DNA of 64,000 nt, from positions 191,903-255,902 of the forward strand of contig CAVPRC010000008.1 in NCBI GenBank assembly GCA_963707755.1. Direction: 5' to 3'. The stretch's first letter is position 1; each line of letters starts with the position of its first letter. A model generated the notes under the pieces. The model searched no databases. It was not told the origin of the DNA and saw nothing but the letters and a program-made list of their open reading frames with translations. This DNA is from an uncultured Actinomycetota bacterium (GTDB lineage: Bacteria > Actinomycetota > Actinomycetes > Propionibacteriales > Nocardioidaceae). Below, piece by piece: positions 56,948-64,000 of the stretch. The translations under genes were made by a program, and so were the position numbers.

Positions 56948-58118
56948 CTACCGGAAGGCGTCGATCCCGGTCAGCGCGCTCCCGATTACCAGCGCGTGCA
57001 CGTCGGCGGTTCCCTCGTAGGTGACCACCGACTCGAGGTTGGCCATATGCCGGATGACGGGGTACTCCAGCGTGATGCCGTTCGCGCCGAGCACCTGCCG
57101 GGCGGTGCGCGCGACCTCGAGTGCGGCGTTGACATTTCCCAGCTTGCCCATGCTGACCTGCTCGGGCCGCAACCGCCCGGCGTCCTTTAGCCGGCCGAGG
57201 TGCAACGCGAGCAGGGTGGCCCGATTGACCTCCAGCGCCATCGTGGCCATCTTCTGCTGCTGGATCTGGAACGACGCGATCGGCTTGCCGAATTGGATCC
57301 GGGTGGTGCTGTAGTCGACGGCGGCCTCCAGACAGGCCCGCGCCGCTCCGGCCGCGCCCCACACGATGCCGTAGCGCGCCTCGTTCAGACACGACAGCGG
57401 ACCGCGCAGTGAGGTCGCTTCGGGCAACATCGCCGACGCGGGCAGGCGCACCTCGTCGAGGATCAGCTCCGAGGTGACCGACGCGCGCAGCGACAGCTTC
57501 TTGTGGATATCGACTGTGCTGAAGCCCCTCGTGCCCTTGGGCACCAGGAATCCCCGGACCCCCTCTTCGGTCCTGGCCCAGACAACGGCGACATCGGCGA
57601 GCGAGCCGTTGGTGATCCACATCTTCTGTCCGCGCAGGATCCAGTCCTGGCCGTCACGACGGGCGTAGGTGCGCATCGATGCGGGATCCGAGCCCGAGTC
57701 CGGCTCGGTCAGCCCGAAGCAGCCGATCGCCTCGCCGGCGGCCATCGCGGGCAACCATTGGCGCTTCTGCTCCTCCGATCCCCACCGGTGGATCGCGAAC
57801 ATCGCCAGCGAGCCCTGCACCGACACCATGCTGCGGATCCCGCTGTCGCCCGCCTCAAGCTCCAGACAGGCCAGCCCGTAGGCCGTCGCGCTGGTCCCGG
57901 CGCAGTCGTAGCCGTCCAGGTGCATGCCCAGCACACCGAGCTTGCCCAGCTCACCCATCAGATCGCGGGGCACTCGCCCCTCGTCGAACCAATCCCCGAC
58001 CTCGGGCAGTACCCGCTCGCGTACGAAGGCCCGCACCGTGTCACGTATGTCTCGTCTCCTCGTCGGAGAGAACCGAGTCGATGGACAGATAGTCCTGCAG
58101 GGCGGTGGCAACTGGCAT
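56948..58118 (-). pseudogene. gcdH: glutaryl-CoA dehydrogenase-like acyl-CoA dehydrogenase, one frame break near 58055
   Basis: ATG 58118 preceded by AAGGAGA. MPVATALQDYLSIDSVLSDEE | RDIRDTVRAFVRERV...GCFGLTEPDSGSDPASM...WITNGSLADVAVVWA...EYPVIRHMANLESVVTYEGT. Confidence 0.8.
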
Positions 58119-58162
58119 TTGTGGGTCTCCTTGACGCTTGGGATAATGACACAGTACATGCT

Positions 58163-58188
58163 ATCTTCGATTTTCGAAACTCGAAGAT
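58163..58188. promoter_or_regulatory. palindromic operator candidate in the divergent gcdH / CoA-transferase spacer
   Basis: ATCTTCGA-TTTTCGAAAC-TCGAAGAT: 8-bp perfect arms around a second palindrome TTTCGAAA, in an AT-rich 86-bp spacer. Confidence 0.4.
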
Positions 58189-58204
58189 AATAGAGAGGTG
58201 GCGT

Positions 58205-59329
58205 ATGACCGGAGCTCTTGACGGCCTGCGGGTCCTGGACTTCTCGCGGATCCTGGCCGGGCCCTTCGCGACGATGCAGCTCGCCGACTTCGGCGCCACG
58301 GTGACCAAGGTCGAACGCCCCGGCACCGGCGACGACACCCGTGGCTGGGGCCCGCCCTACGACAAGCATGGGCAAGCGACCTACTTCCAGGCGGTCAACC
58401 GCAATAAGGACAGCATCGTCCTTGACCTGACCGACGAGCGTGATCAAGCGCAGGCCAGGGCGCTCGCCGCCGACGCCGACGTCGTGGTCGAGAATTTCCG
58501 CCCGGGCTTGATGGCGGAGTTCGGCCTCGACTACGACCGGCTCCGGCTGGCCAACCCCGGCCTCATCTACTGCTCGATCACCGGTTTCGGCCGCGGCGCC
58601 GGAGCCTCCCTACCCGGCTACGACCTACTGCTCCAGGCGGTCGGTGGCCTGATGAGCATCACCGGCAGCCCCGACGGCGAGCCCCAGAAGGTCGGGGTCG
58701 CCGTGGTCGACGTGCTCGCCGGGCTTTTCGCCACGACCGGCATCCTGACCGCACTGCACCACCGCGCGGCCACGGGCGAGGGTCAGTTGGTCGAAGTGGA
58801 CCTGCTGTCCTGCCTGCTCGCGGCCCTGGTCAACCAGGCCAGCGCCTACACCTCGGCCGGTGTGGTACCCACCCGGATGGGCAACCAGCACCCCAGCATC
58901 GCGCCCTACGAACTGCTGTCCTGCGCCGACGGCGATCTAGTCTTGGCCGTCGGCAACGATCGTCAGTTCGCCGCCCTGTGCGACGTGCTCGGCGTGCCGC
59001 ACATGGCGATCGATCCACTGTTCGCCACAAACAGCGCACGCGTCCAGCACCGGGGCCTGCTGCGTGCCGAACTCGAAAAGCGGCTCGCGACAAGGACGGC
59101 CGCCGACTGGGCAGCCGAGCTGACGCGGGTGCGTGTCCCCGCCGGCATCGTCAACGACATCGCCGGCGCCTTCGGTCTTGCGGCCGGACTCGGCCTGAAC
59201 CCCATCGTCGAGCTCTCCCGTGATGACGGCAGCAGTGTCTCTTTGTGCCGTAACCCCATCAACCTGTCGGCGACCCCGGCCAGCTACCGATCGGCACCCC
59301 CGCCGCTGCCCGGCACGAAGGTCAGCTGA
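58205..59329 (+). CDS. family III (CaiB/BaiF) CoA-transferase
   Basis: LDGLRVLDFSRILAGPFATMQLADFGATVTKVERPGTGDDTR and ENFRPG motifs. Intact 374-aa ORF. Confidence 0.85.
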   Translation: MTGALDGLRVLDFSRILAGPFATMQLADFGATVTKVERPGTGDDTRGWGPPYDKHGQATYFQAVNRNKDSIVLDLTDERDQAQARALAADADVVVENFRPGLMAEFGLDYDRLRLANPGLIYCSITGFGRGAGASLPGYDLLLQAVGGLMSITGSPDGEPQKVGVAVVDVLAGLFATTGILTALHHRAATGEGQLVEVDLLSCLLAALVNQASAYTSAGVVPTRMGNQHPSIAPYELLSCADGDLVLAVGNDRQFAALCDVLGVPHMAIDPLFATNSARVQHRGLLRAELEKRLATRTAADWAAELTRVRVPAGIVNDIAGAFGLAAGLGLNPIVELSRDDGSSVSLCRNPINLSATPASYRSAPPPLPGTKVS

Positions 59330-59369
59330 ATTCCACAGAGCGACAGGCGGATTGCGAGTTCGAACTTCG

Positions 59370-59416
59370 TGGCCAGGACCGGGATCGAACCGGCGGCCTC
59401 CCGCTTTCATGCGGAC
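59370..59416 (-). tRNA. tRNA-Phe(GAA)-like 3' fragment (anticodon arm to acceptor end); not a complete tRNA
   Basis: The reverse complement reads gtccgc-atgaaa-gcggg aggcc gccgg-ttcgatc-ccggt cctggcc a: a T arm with GTTCGATCC and a 7-nt acceptor 3' strand. The matching 5' acceptor strand ggccagg and the D arm are absent upstream. Confidence 0.45.
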
Positions 59417-59721
59417 TTAGTGAGCGACTGCCATCCATACGTGCTGTTTGAACCGGATCAACGGCCGCAAACGGGGCGAGCCCAACCAAGCTAGTCCCTT
59501 CTGTTGGGCCCATTTTGGCCCGTCCATTTAAGCCAGGGCCGTGATGTCCTCGGGAAGTAACGAGCCGCGGCCACCGAAAAACAGGACGCCACAGAGGAAG
59601 CCAGCCGCGCCGACATCAGGCAAGCCGGGGTGTGCCGGGCCCGAGAGAGTCGCGGGCCAGTGCCGTGCGGCATCGGGCTCGCAGTCGGACTCGTCAGTCT
59701 GGGGAGGCAGATCACGCGATG

Positions 59722-61086
59722 TCAAAAAGGAAGAAAATTTGTGCGTTGACCGCTGCGGATCATGTGTGTGGTGCACACGAGACACGCATCGTGAGAACGA
59801 ACGATGTGGCCAAGGTGGAGAGGATTGTCCGGATCTGGAACGGACAGCCCGATTAGGCTTTCCTCCCAGTGTCCGCGCCGGCCGTCGGAGTCGCGCGGCG
59901 AGGCGTTCCAGGTCGTGGGAGTGATGATTTGATAGTTGGAAATCTTCCCGTCCCGGATACAGATCCAGTGACTCACAGTTCCTCGTGCTGCATTGACCGC
60001 GCCAAAACCTCGGCCCTGGTCCGGCACATCAGTGGGCCACACCATGGCGGGTTCGCTGCCTTCTGCCCTTAGCTCGGCGATCGTCTGGCGCATGAGTTGC
60101 ATGACCAGGACAGGCCTGTGCAGGCGGGTCAGTTGGCGGAGCCAGGCATTAGGCCCCTCGGCCCGCATCCAAGACGCGATGAGGGGATCACCGGCGAGAA
60201 AGAGGTCGACCATCGGCCCGATTTGGACCACCTGATTCGCGTAGCGTGTCGCCTTGGCATGGCTGTATTGTCCTCGGTCCGGCCCGTGCTCAGCCTTGGT
60301 GACCGAGTCCCACGGGTGGGTGGGCCCGTAGTCGGCAAACCATGAATAGCGCGTATGTTCCCGCACCTGGTGGTGATCAAAGGATTCAACGCGTTCGCCG
60401 TTGAGATATCCACCCGGCATCAGGAAGCCGTTGTTGTCGGGTCGTGGATAACAGCCACAACTCAGCAGGTAGCGGCTGCCCAGGCCCAGGTGCTGTAGGC
60501 CGATGGAGCGCCCGAAGCCGGCGTAAAGCCCAGCGCCGGTGTCTGGATGCTCTTCTAGCCAGCCGAGAAACCCTTCGGCGGTGTGAAGTCCCATCCACTG
60601 GTCACTGGTACAGCCCAACACCTCTGCCTCATACCAGGATTGGTATTCGTCGATCGCGGCCTCACACTTGGCCAGTTTCTCGGCCGTCACCTCGCAGGTG
60701 ACTCCTCCCGGTGCCATATAGGTGGCATGGGGCCACTGCCCGGCGAATGCGGTGATGATGCCGAGCATGCCTTTCGAGCGCAAGACCGCCTGGCGCGCAA
60801 AGTAACCCTTGAGCGGAGGCTCAAAAGCCGTCACCATCTTCTCGTATAGAGGGTGAGAGCGATAGGCGGCATGGCAGAAGTCGGGGCAGAACATCACAAA
60901 GGTTTGCCGGGCATCATTCATCACGGCTTCGGCCATCAGACAGAGATTGCGCACGCGCACGCCATTGGGAGCGGGCTGGACACCCCAGGCGTCTTCGAGT
61001 GCTCTCACCCCGGCGTAGAGCTGAGCTGTACTACAGATGCCGCAAATGCGCGGGACAATGACCAACACATCAGACGGCGCGCGGCC
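59722..61086 (-). pseudogene. [NiFe]-hydrogenase large subunit, distal part (split by an IS)
   Basis: ...APSDVLVIVPRICGICSTAQ (N-terminal Ni-binding CxxC) ... HDACLVCTTHMI (C-terminal DxCxxCxxH). The reading frame abuts the IS end. Confidence 0.8.
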
Positions 61087-61119
61087 GGAATTTTTCAAGG
61101 TGGATGAGTCCAGTGGGTG

Positions 61120-62217
61120 TTAGGCGGCTGTCGTGGCGGTCTCCTGGGTGGTGTTCTGGGCTGGTCGGTTGATCCAGGCGGTGTCGGGTAGGTCGAGGAT
61201 CTTCGGCGCCCCGACGGTGCCGAAGCGGTGCGGGTGTCGGGCGCGGGCTTGGGTCAGTACCGTGCGCCGGTCGGCGGCTTTGTCGGTGGCCAACCCGAAG
61301 TGCACGTCGGCGGGTGTGTGCAAACCGATGCCGGTGTGACGATGCTCGTGGTTGTACCAGTGGGTGAAGATGTCCATGAATTGCCTTGCCTCCCAGATTG
61401 ATCCGAAGCGCTCGGGAAACGCCGGTCCGTACTTCAACGTCTTGAACAGCGACTCCGAGTACGGATTGTCGTTGGACACCCGTGGCCGCGAATGCGACCG
61501 GGTAACCTCCAGATCAGCGAGCAGCGTGGCGACGGTCTTGCTGGTCATCGAGGTTCCCCGATCGGCGTGCACGACCTGCGGTACGCCATGCACCCTGAAG
61601 ATCTGCTCCATCAGTTCCCTTGCCAGAACACCGGATTCGTGGGCATGGACGTGAACACCGACGAGGTAGCGGGAGTAGATGTCGATCATCACGTACGCAT
61701 CGAAATAGGTGCCCTTCACTGGGCCCGCGAGTTTGGTGATGTCCCAGCTGTACACCTGCTGCGGTGCGGTCGCGACCAGCTCCGGGCACACCTGGCTGGG
61801 GTGCCGCGCCAGCCGGCGGCGTTCGGCGACCAGCGTGTGCTGTCCCAACACCCGGTACATCGTGGACACCGAACACAGATAGACGCCCTCGTCGAGCAGC
61901 TGAGCGTAGATCTGCAACGGCGCGAGATCGACGAACCGGTCGCTGGTGAGCACCTCAACGACCCGGCGCCGTTCGGCATCGGTGAGTTTGTTGGCCGGCT
62001 CGACCGCAGGCTCGGTGCAGACTGCGGGCGTGAGCGCCGTGGCGGCGTTGCGCCGCCGAGTCGCGGTCGAGCGGACCAGCCCGGTCAATGTGGCTGCCTG
62101 CCTTGTCGATACACCATGTCCGGTCAGCATTGCGAAGGTCTCGGTCAGCGCTTCTTGCGCTGCTCGTCGGAGTCCGCTCTCTCGGACAGTGACTCCAAGA
62201 GAGCGTGTGCTTTTCCC
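61120..62217 (-). CDS. IS3-family transposase OrfB (DDE integrase domain), -1 frame relative to orfA
   Basis: YSWDITKL, VVHADRGTSMTS, SNDNPYSES form the D-D-E triad context. The ORF is open upstream to 62376. Confidence 0.75.
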   Translation of the reverse strand, partial: GKSTRSLGVTVRESGLRRAAQEALTETFAMLTGHGVSTRQAATLTGLVRSTATRRRNAATALTPAVCTEPAVEPANKLTDAERRRVVEVLTSDRFVDLAPLQIYAQLLDEGVYLCSVSTMYRVLGQHTLVAERRRLARHPSQVCPELVATAPQQVYSWDITKLAGPVKGTYFDAYVMIDIYSRYLVGVHVHAHESGVLARELMEQIFRVHGVPQVVHADRGTSMTSKTVATLLADLEVTRSHSRPRVSNDNPYSESLFKTLKYGPAFPERFGSIWEARQFMDIFTHWYNHEHRHTGIGLHTPADVHFGLATDKAADRRTVLTQARARHPHRFGTVGAPKILDLPDTAWINRPAQNTTQETATTAA

Positions 62218-62579
62218 ATGATGTCCAGGGCGGCCTCGGTGGTGTGCAACCGCTTGTTTGCGCGAGCGAGTTCGCGGGTGAGCCGCGCGATCTCGGCCTG
62301 TTCGGCGGTGAGCCTGCCAACCTTCTCGCCGGGCCGTTTGCCCGCCAGCACCCCGGCGTCGCGTTGCTTGCGCCATTCGCTGATCAACGACGAATACAGG
62401 CCCTCCCGCCGCAAATAGGCGCCGCCTTCACCGTGTTCGCACGCCTGCTCATAGGCATGCAGATGGGCAATCTTGTCCGACGCGGTGAACGCGCGACGGC
62501 GCCGCGGCCCGTCGGCTCTGGGGTGGGGTGGATCCATCGGTTCATTGTGGTTCACCGCGGTAATCGTGGAGCTGGTCAT
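62145..62579 (-). CDS. IS3-family transposase OrfA (HTH + leucine-zipper-like)
   Basis: 144 aa. RRAFTASDKIAHLHAYEQA...LTAEQAEIARLTRELARANKRL. Confidence 0.75.
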   Translation of the reverse strand: MTSSTITAVNHNEPMDPPHPRADGPRRRRAFTASDKIAHLHAYEQACEHGEGGAYLRREGLYSSLISEWRKQRDAGVLAGKRPGEKVGRLTAEQAEIARLTRELARANKRLHTTEAALDIMGKAHALLESLSERADSDEQRKKR

Positions 62580-62659
62580 GGTGTGCCGATCCGTATCTCG
62601 CCCTGCGTCAGGCCGATTTGCTGTGAACCAGTGGACTCAACTCACCCTGACACGCAGGG

Positions 62660-62798
62660 GGCCGACCAGAACTTGCTCGTAGCCTCTGTACATGGTGCCC
62701 ACGCACCAACTGTCTCGGACCATACTGTCCTCAACATCAAGTCGAACCTCGAGATCTCCTTCAACTCGATTCAGGTCGATCGTGATTCGCTCGCGCAC
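62660..62798 (-). pseudogene. [NiFe]-hydrogenase large subunit, proximal 46 codons (split by an IS)
   Basis: GTG 62798 preceded by GGAGGGAGG. VRERITIDLNRVEGDLEVRLDVEDSMVRDSWCVGTMYRGYEQVLVG. Confidence 0.65.
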
Positions 62799-63570
62799 TT
62801 TTGGCCTCCCTCCACTTGAGCAACTCTCGGCTCAGCGGGAACTTCTGGCCGATGCAGCCGTAACACGAATGGCCGACCCAGTCTGCGGTGCCACACTTCG
62901 GCCGGTCGGCGGCAGAGAGACAGGGTCGTACCAGTGTCGGTCGCCCGAAACGGTCTAACTGCGCCGGATCGGGATCGCCTGTCAGTAACCAACGCATGGC
63001 AAGGAGCATGGTGTCGGCATCGGCCGAGCAGCCCGCGACGTTGACGACAGGCAGCCCTTTGGCCGATCGCCAATCTTCCCCGAGAAGACCGCCGGGCTGG
63101 CCGTCCGCATACTGCAAGCCCACCGCTGCGGTGGGGTTGGGTGGTGCTGCCGGGATGCCCCCATAACTGGCGCAGGTGCCCAGGGCAAGCACATAGTCAG
63201 CTGCCGCACAAAGCTCATACACCAAGTCTCGCTTCGGTTTACCGTCAAAGGTGTCGAAGAGACCCGTGCCATCTGGCCCCATCGCGATGGAGCCTTCGAC
63301 GCACAGCAGTGTTAGCGACAACACTCCGTCCAGGATCTGGTGAACAATTGGTGCCAACGGGTCCAGCGAGAGCGAGGGATGCCACAGCAGCCGTACCCCG
63401 TCGTGCTCAAGCAGATCAATAAGACCAGTCGCCTGCCCGTCAACACCGAGCATCGCCATCGACTCTCCACTACAAGAGCCACAGCCAATCCACAGTATTG
63501 TCGGAGGGTTTCTCGTCGTAGCCGCGGTCGCAGCAAGTTGACTGCAACACGCCGGTATCCGATACACCAT
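62761..63570 (-). CDS. [NiFe]-hydrogenase small subunit, no Tat signal
   Basis: ATG 63570 preceded by GGAAGGAGG. ILWIGCGSCSGES, LALGTCASYGGIPA, AGCSADAD, HSCYGCIG are FeS-cluster Cys motifs. No RRxFxK leader. Confidence 0.75.
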   Translation of the reverse strand: MVYRIPACCSQLAATAATTRNPPTILWIGCGSCSGESMAMLGVDGQATGLIDLLEHDGVRLLWHPSLSLDPLAPIVHQILDGVLSLTLLCVEGSIAMGPDGTGLFDTFDGKPKRDLVYELCAAADYVLALGTCASYGGIPAAPPNPTAAVGLQYADGQPGGLLGEDWRSAKGLPVVNVAGCSADADTMLLAMRWLLTGDPDPAQLDRFGRPTLVRPCLSAADRPKCGTADWVGHSCYGCIGQKFPLSRELLKWREAKSARANHDRPESS

Positions 63571-63784
63571 CGGCACCTCCTTCCGACCCTCAATTGCCGG
63601 ACTTGGGTCGAGATATCTTGTATTTCTTGAACAGCTATTCGGAGCCATCCGCACGTCAGATGTGTCGGAAGTATTACGTTGGATAGCGCCATCCCGCAGA
63701 TGCCGGTGGATCGTTGCCGAGTTGCGCCGAGCAGATTCATTGTTTCGGCCGCCGAGATGTTGCGCACGCTTAGGCGACTACTCG

Positions 63785-63967
63785 AATTCCCCTCAGACAC
63801 ATCTTGATCGGCCGTTGCACCGCTACGCGCTGCTTATCCTCGACGGCGATTACTACCGGCTGCGTGACCACCGGGACGAGCCGGAGGCAGTACGCCACCC
63901 ATGGTGTCGCGGCCAGAACCATTGGCTCACAGCTACTTACATGACCATCGCGGCCGGCCCGACCTGA
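63785..63967 (+). pseudogene. IS21-family IstB helper ATPase, C-terminal remnant
   Basis: HLDRPLHRYALLILDGDYYRLRDHRDE resembles the IstB tail (I)LDRLLHH..V..I.G.SYRLR. No Walker motifs lie upstream. Confidence 0.4.
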
Positions 63968-64000
63968 TTGTGACCTCCCACGTCGCGGGCCAAACCGAGG

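Larger units (their letters stand above)
61087..62659 (-). mobile_element. IS3-family insertion sequence (orfA/orfB), inserted in the hydrogenase large-subunit gene
   Basis: Imperfect terminal inverted repeats (tcagggtgagttgagtccactgg vs tcaaggtggatgagtccagtgg). Flanked by GGCC at 61083-61086 and 62660-62663. Removing the IS and one GGCC restores ...YEQVLVGRAPSDVLVIVPRICGICS. Confidence 0.8.

Noticed and set aside
59441-59721. Expected hydrogenase maturation protease or hyp gene downstream of the large subunit
   Set aside because: None of the three minus-strand frames gives a sequence resembling HycI/HupD or HypC. Only a 60-80-codon ORF of unconvincing composition is present.

Overview
High-G+C actinobacterial chromosomal DNA. 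I recognised no rRNA gene, no intact tRNA gene and no CRISPR array. The window has two parts.

(1) Bases 1 to about 52,000 are roughly 70% G+C or higher, judged from sampled lines only. This part is tightly packed with core and accessory genes:
- SDR oxidoreductases, an NYN/OST-HTH protein, a ThrE-type exporter, an MHS-type MFS transporter and DinB.
- A TagD-like cytidylyltransferase plus a LicD::methyltransferase fusion.
- A GH25 muramidase, a SWIM-SNF2 helicase, WS/DGAT and a siderophore-interacting protein behind an IdeR-like iron box.
- An FtsX-type ABC permease, and an NlpC/P60 hydrolase behind a ydaO-type (c-di-AMP) riboswitch.
- Formate-THF ligase, a GGDEF-EAL protein, an Asp23 operon, a quinone oxidoreductase behind a SoxR-type box, an enoyl-CoA hydratase and an ABC-F ATPase.

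Two cassettes are my best candidates for undescribed systems:
- (A) 13.27-16.77 kb: a 326-aa Ala/Gly/Asp repeat protein with duplicated end modules. It is followed 7 nt later by a PqqD/RRE-like::M50 (HEFGH) membrane metalloprotease.
- (B) 36.3-38.9 kb: a translationally coupled SAV_915/SseB-like protein, an EspC-like small helical protein, and a protein of about 400 aa with an LXG/T7SS-signal-like N-terminus and a glycine-zipper C-terminus. A multi-TM candidate immunity gene follows.

(2) From about 52.0 kb to the end the G+C content drops and the content becomes a decayed, IS-affected segment:
- The ABC-F gene loses its 5' part at the junction.
- Next come a broken proline-racemase-family gene, an intact enolase-superfamily gene, an MFS fragment and a regulator remnant.
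- A GntR/gcdH-like/CoA-transferase (glutarate-type) module follows.
- Then a tRNA-Phe-like 3' fragment.
- Then a [NiFe]-hydrogenase operon whose large-subunit gene is split by an IS3-family element with a GGCC target duplication.
- Finally an IstB remnant.

At least 15 otherwise recognisable genes are interrupted by frame changes, densest at 46.4-53 kb. This could be true decay or indel sequencing error, and I cannot tell which from the sequence alone. Two families of palindromic REP/MITE-like repeats occupy intergenic spacers. All family assignments come from reading the translations; no database search was run.
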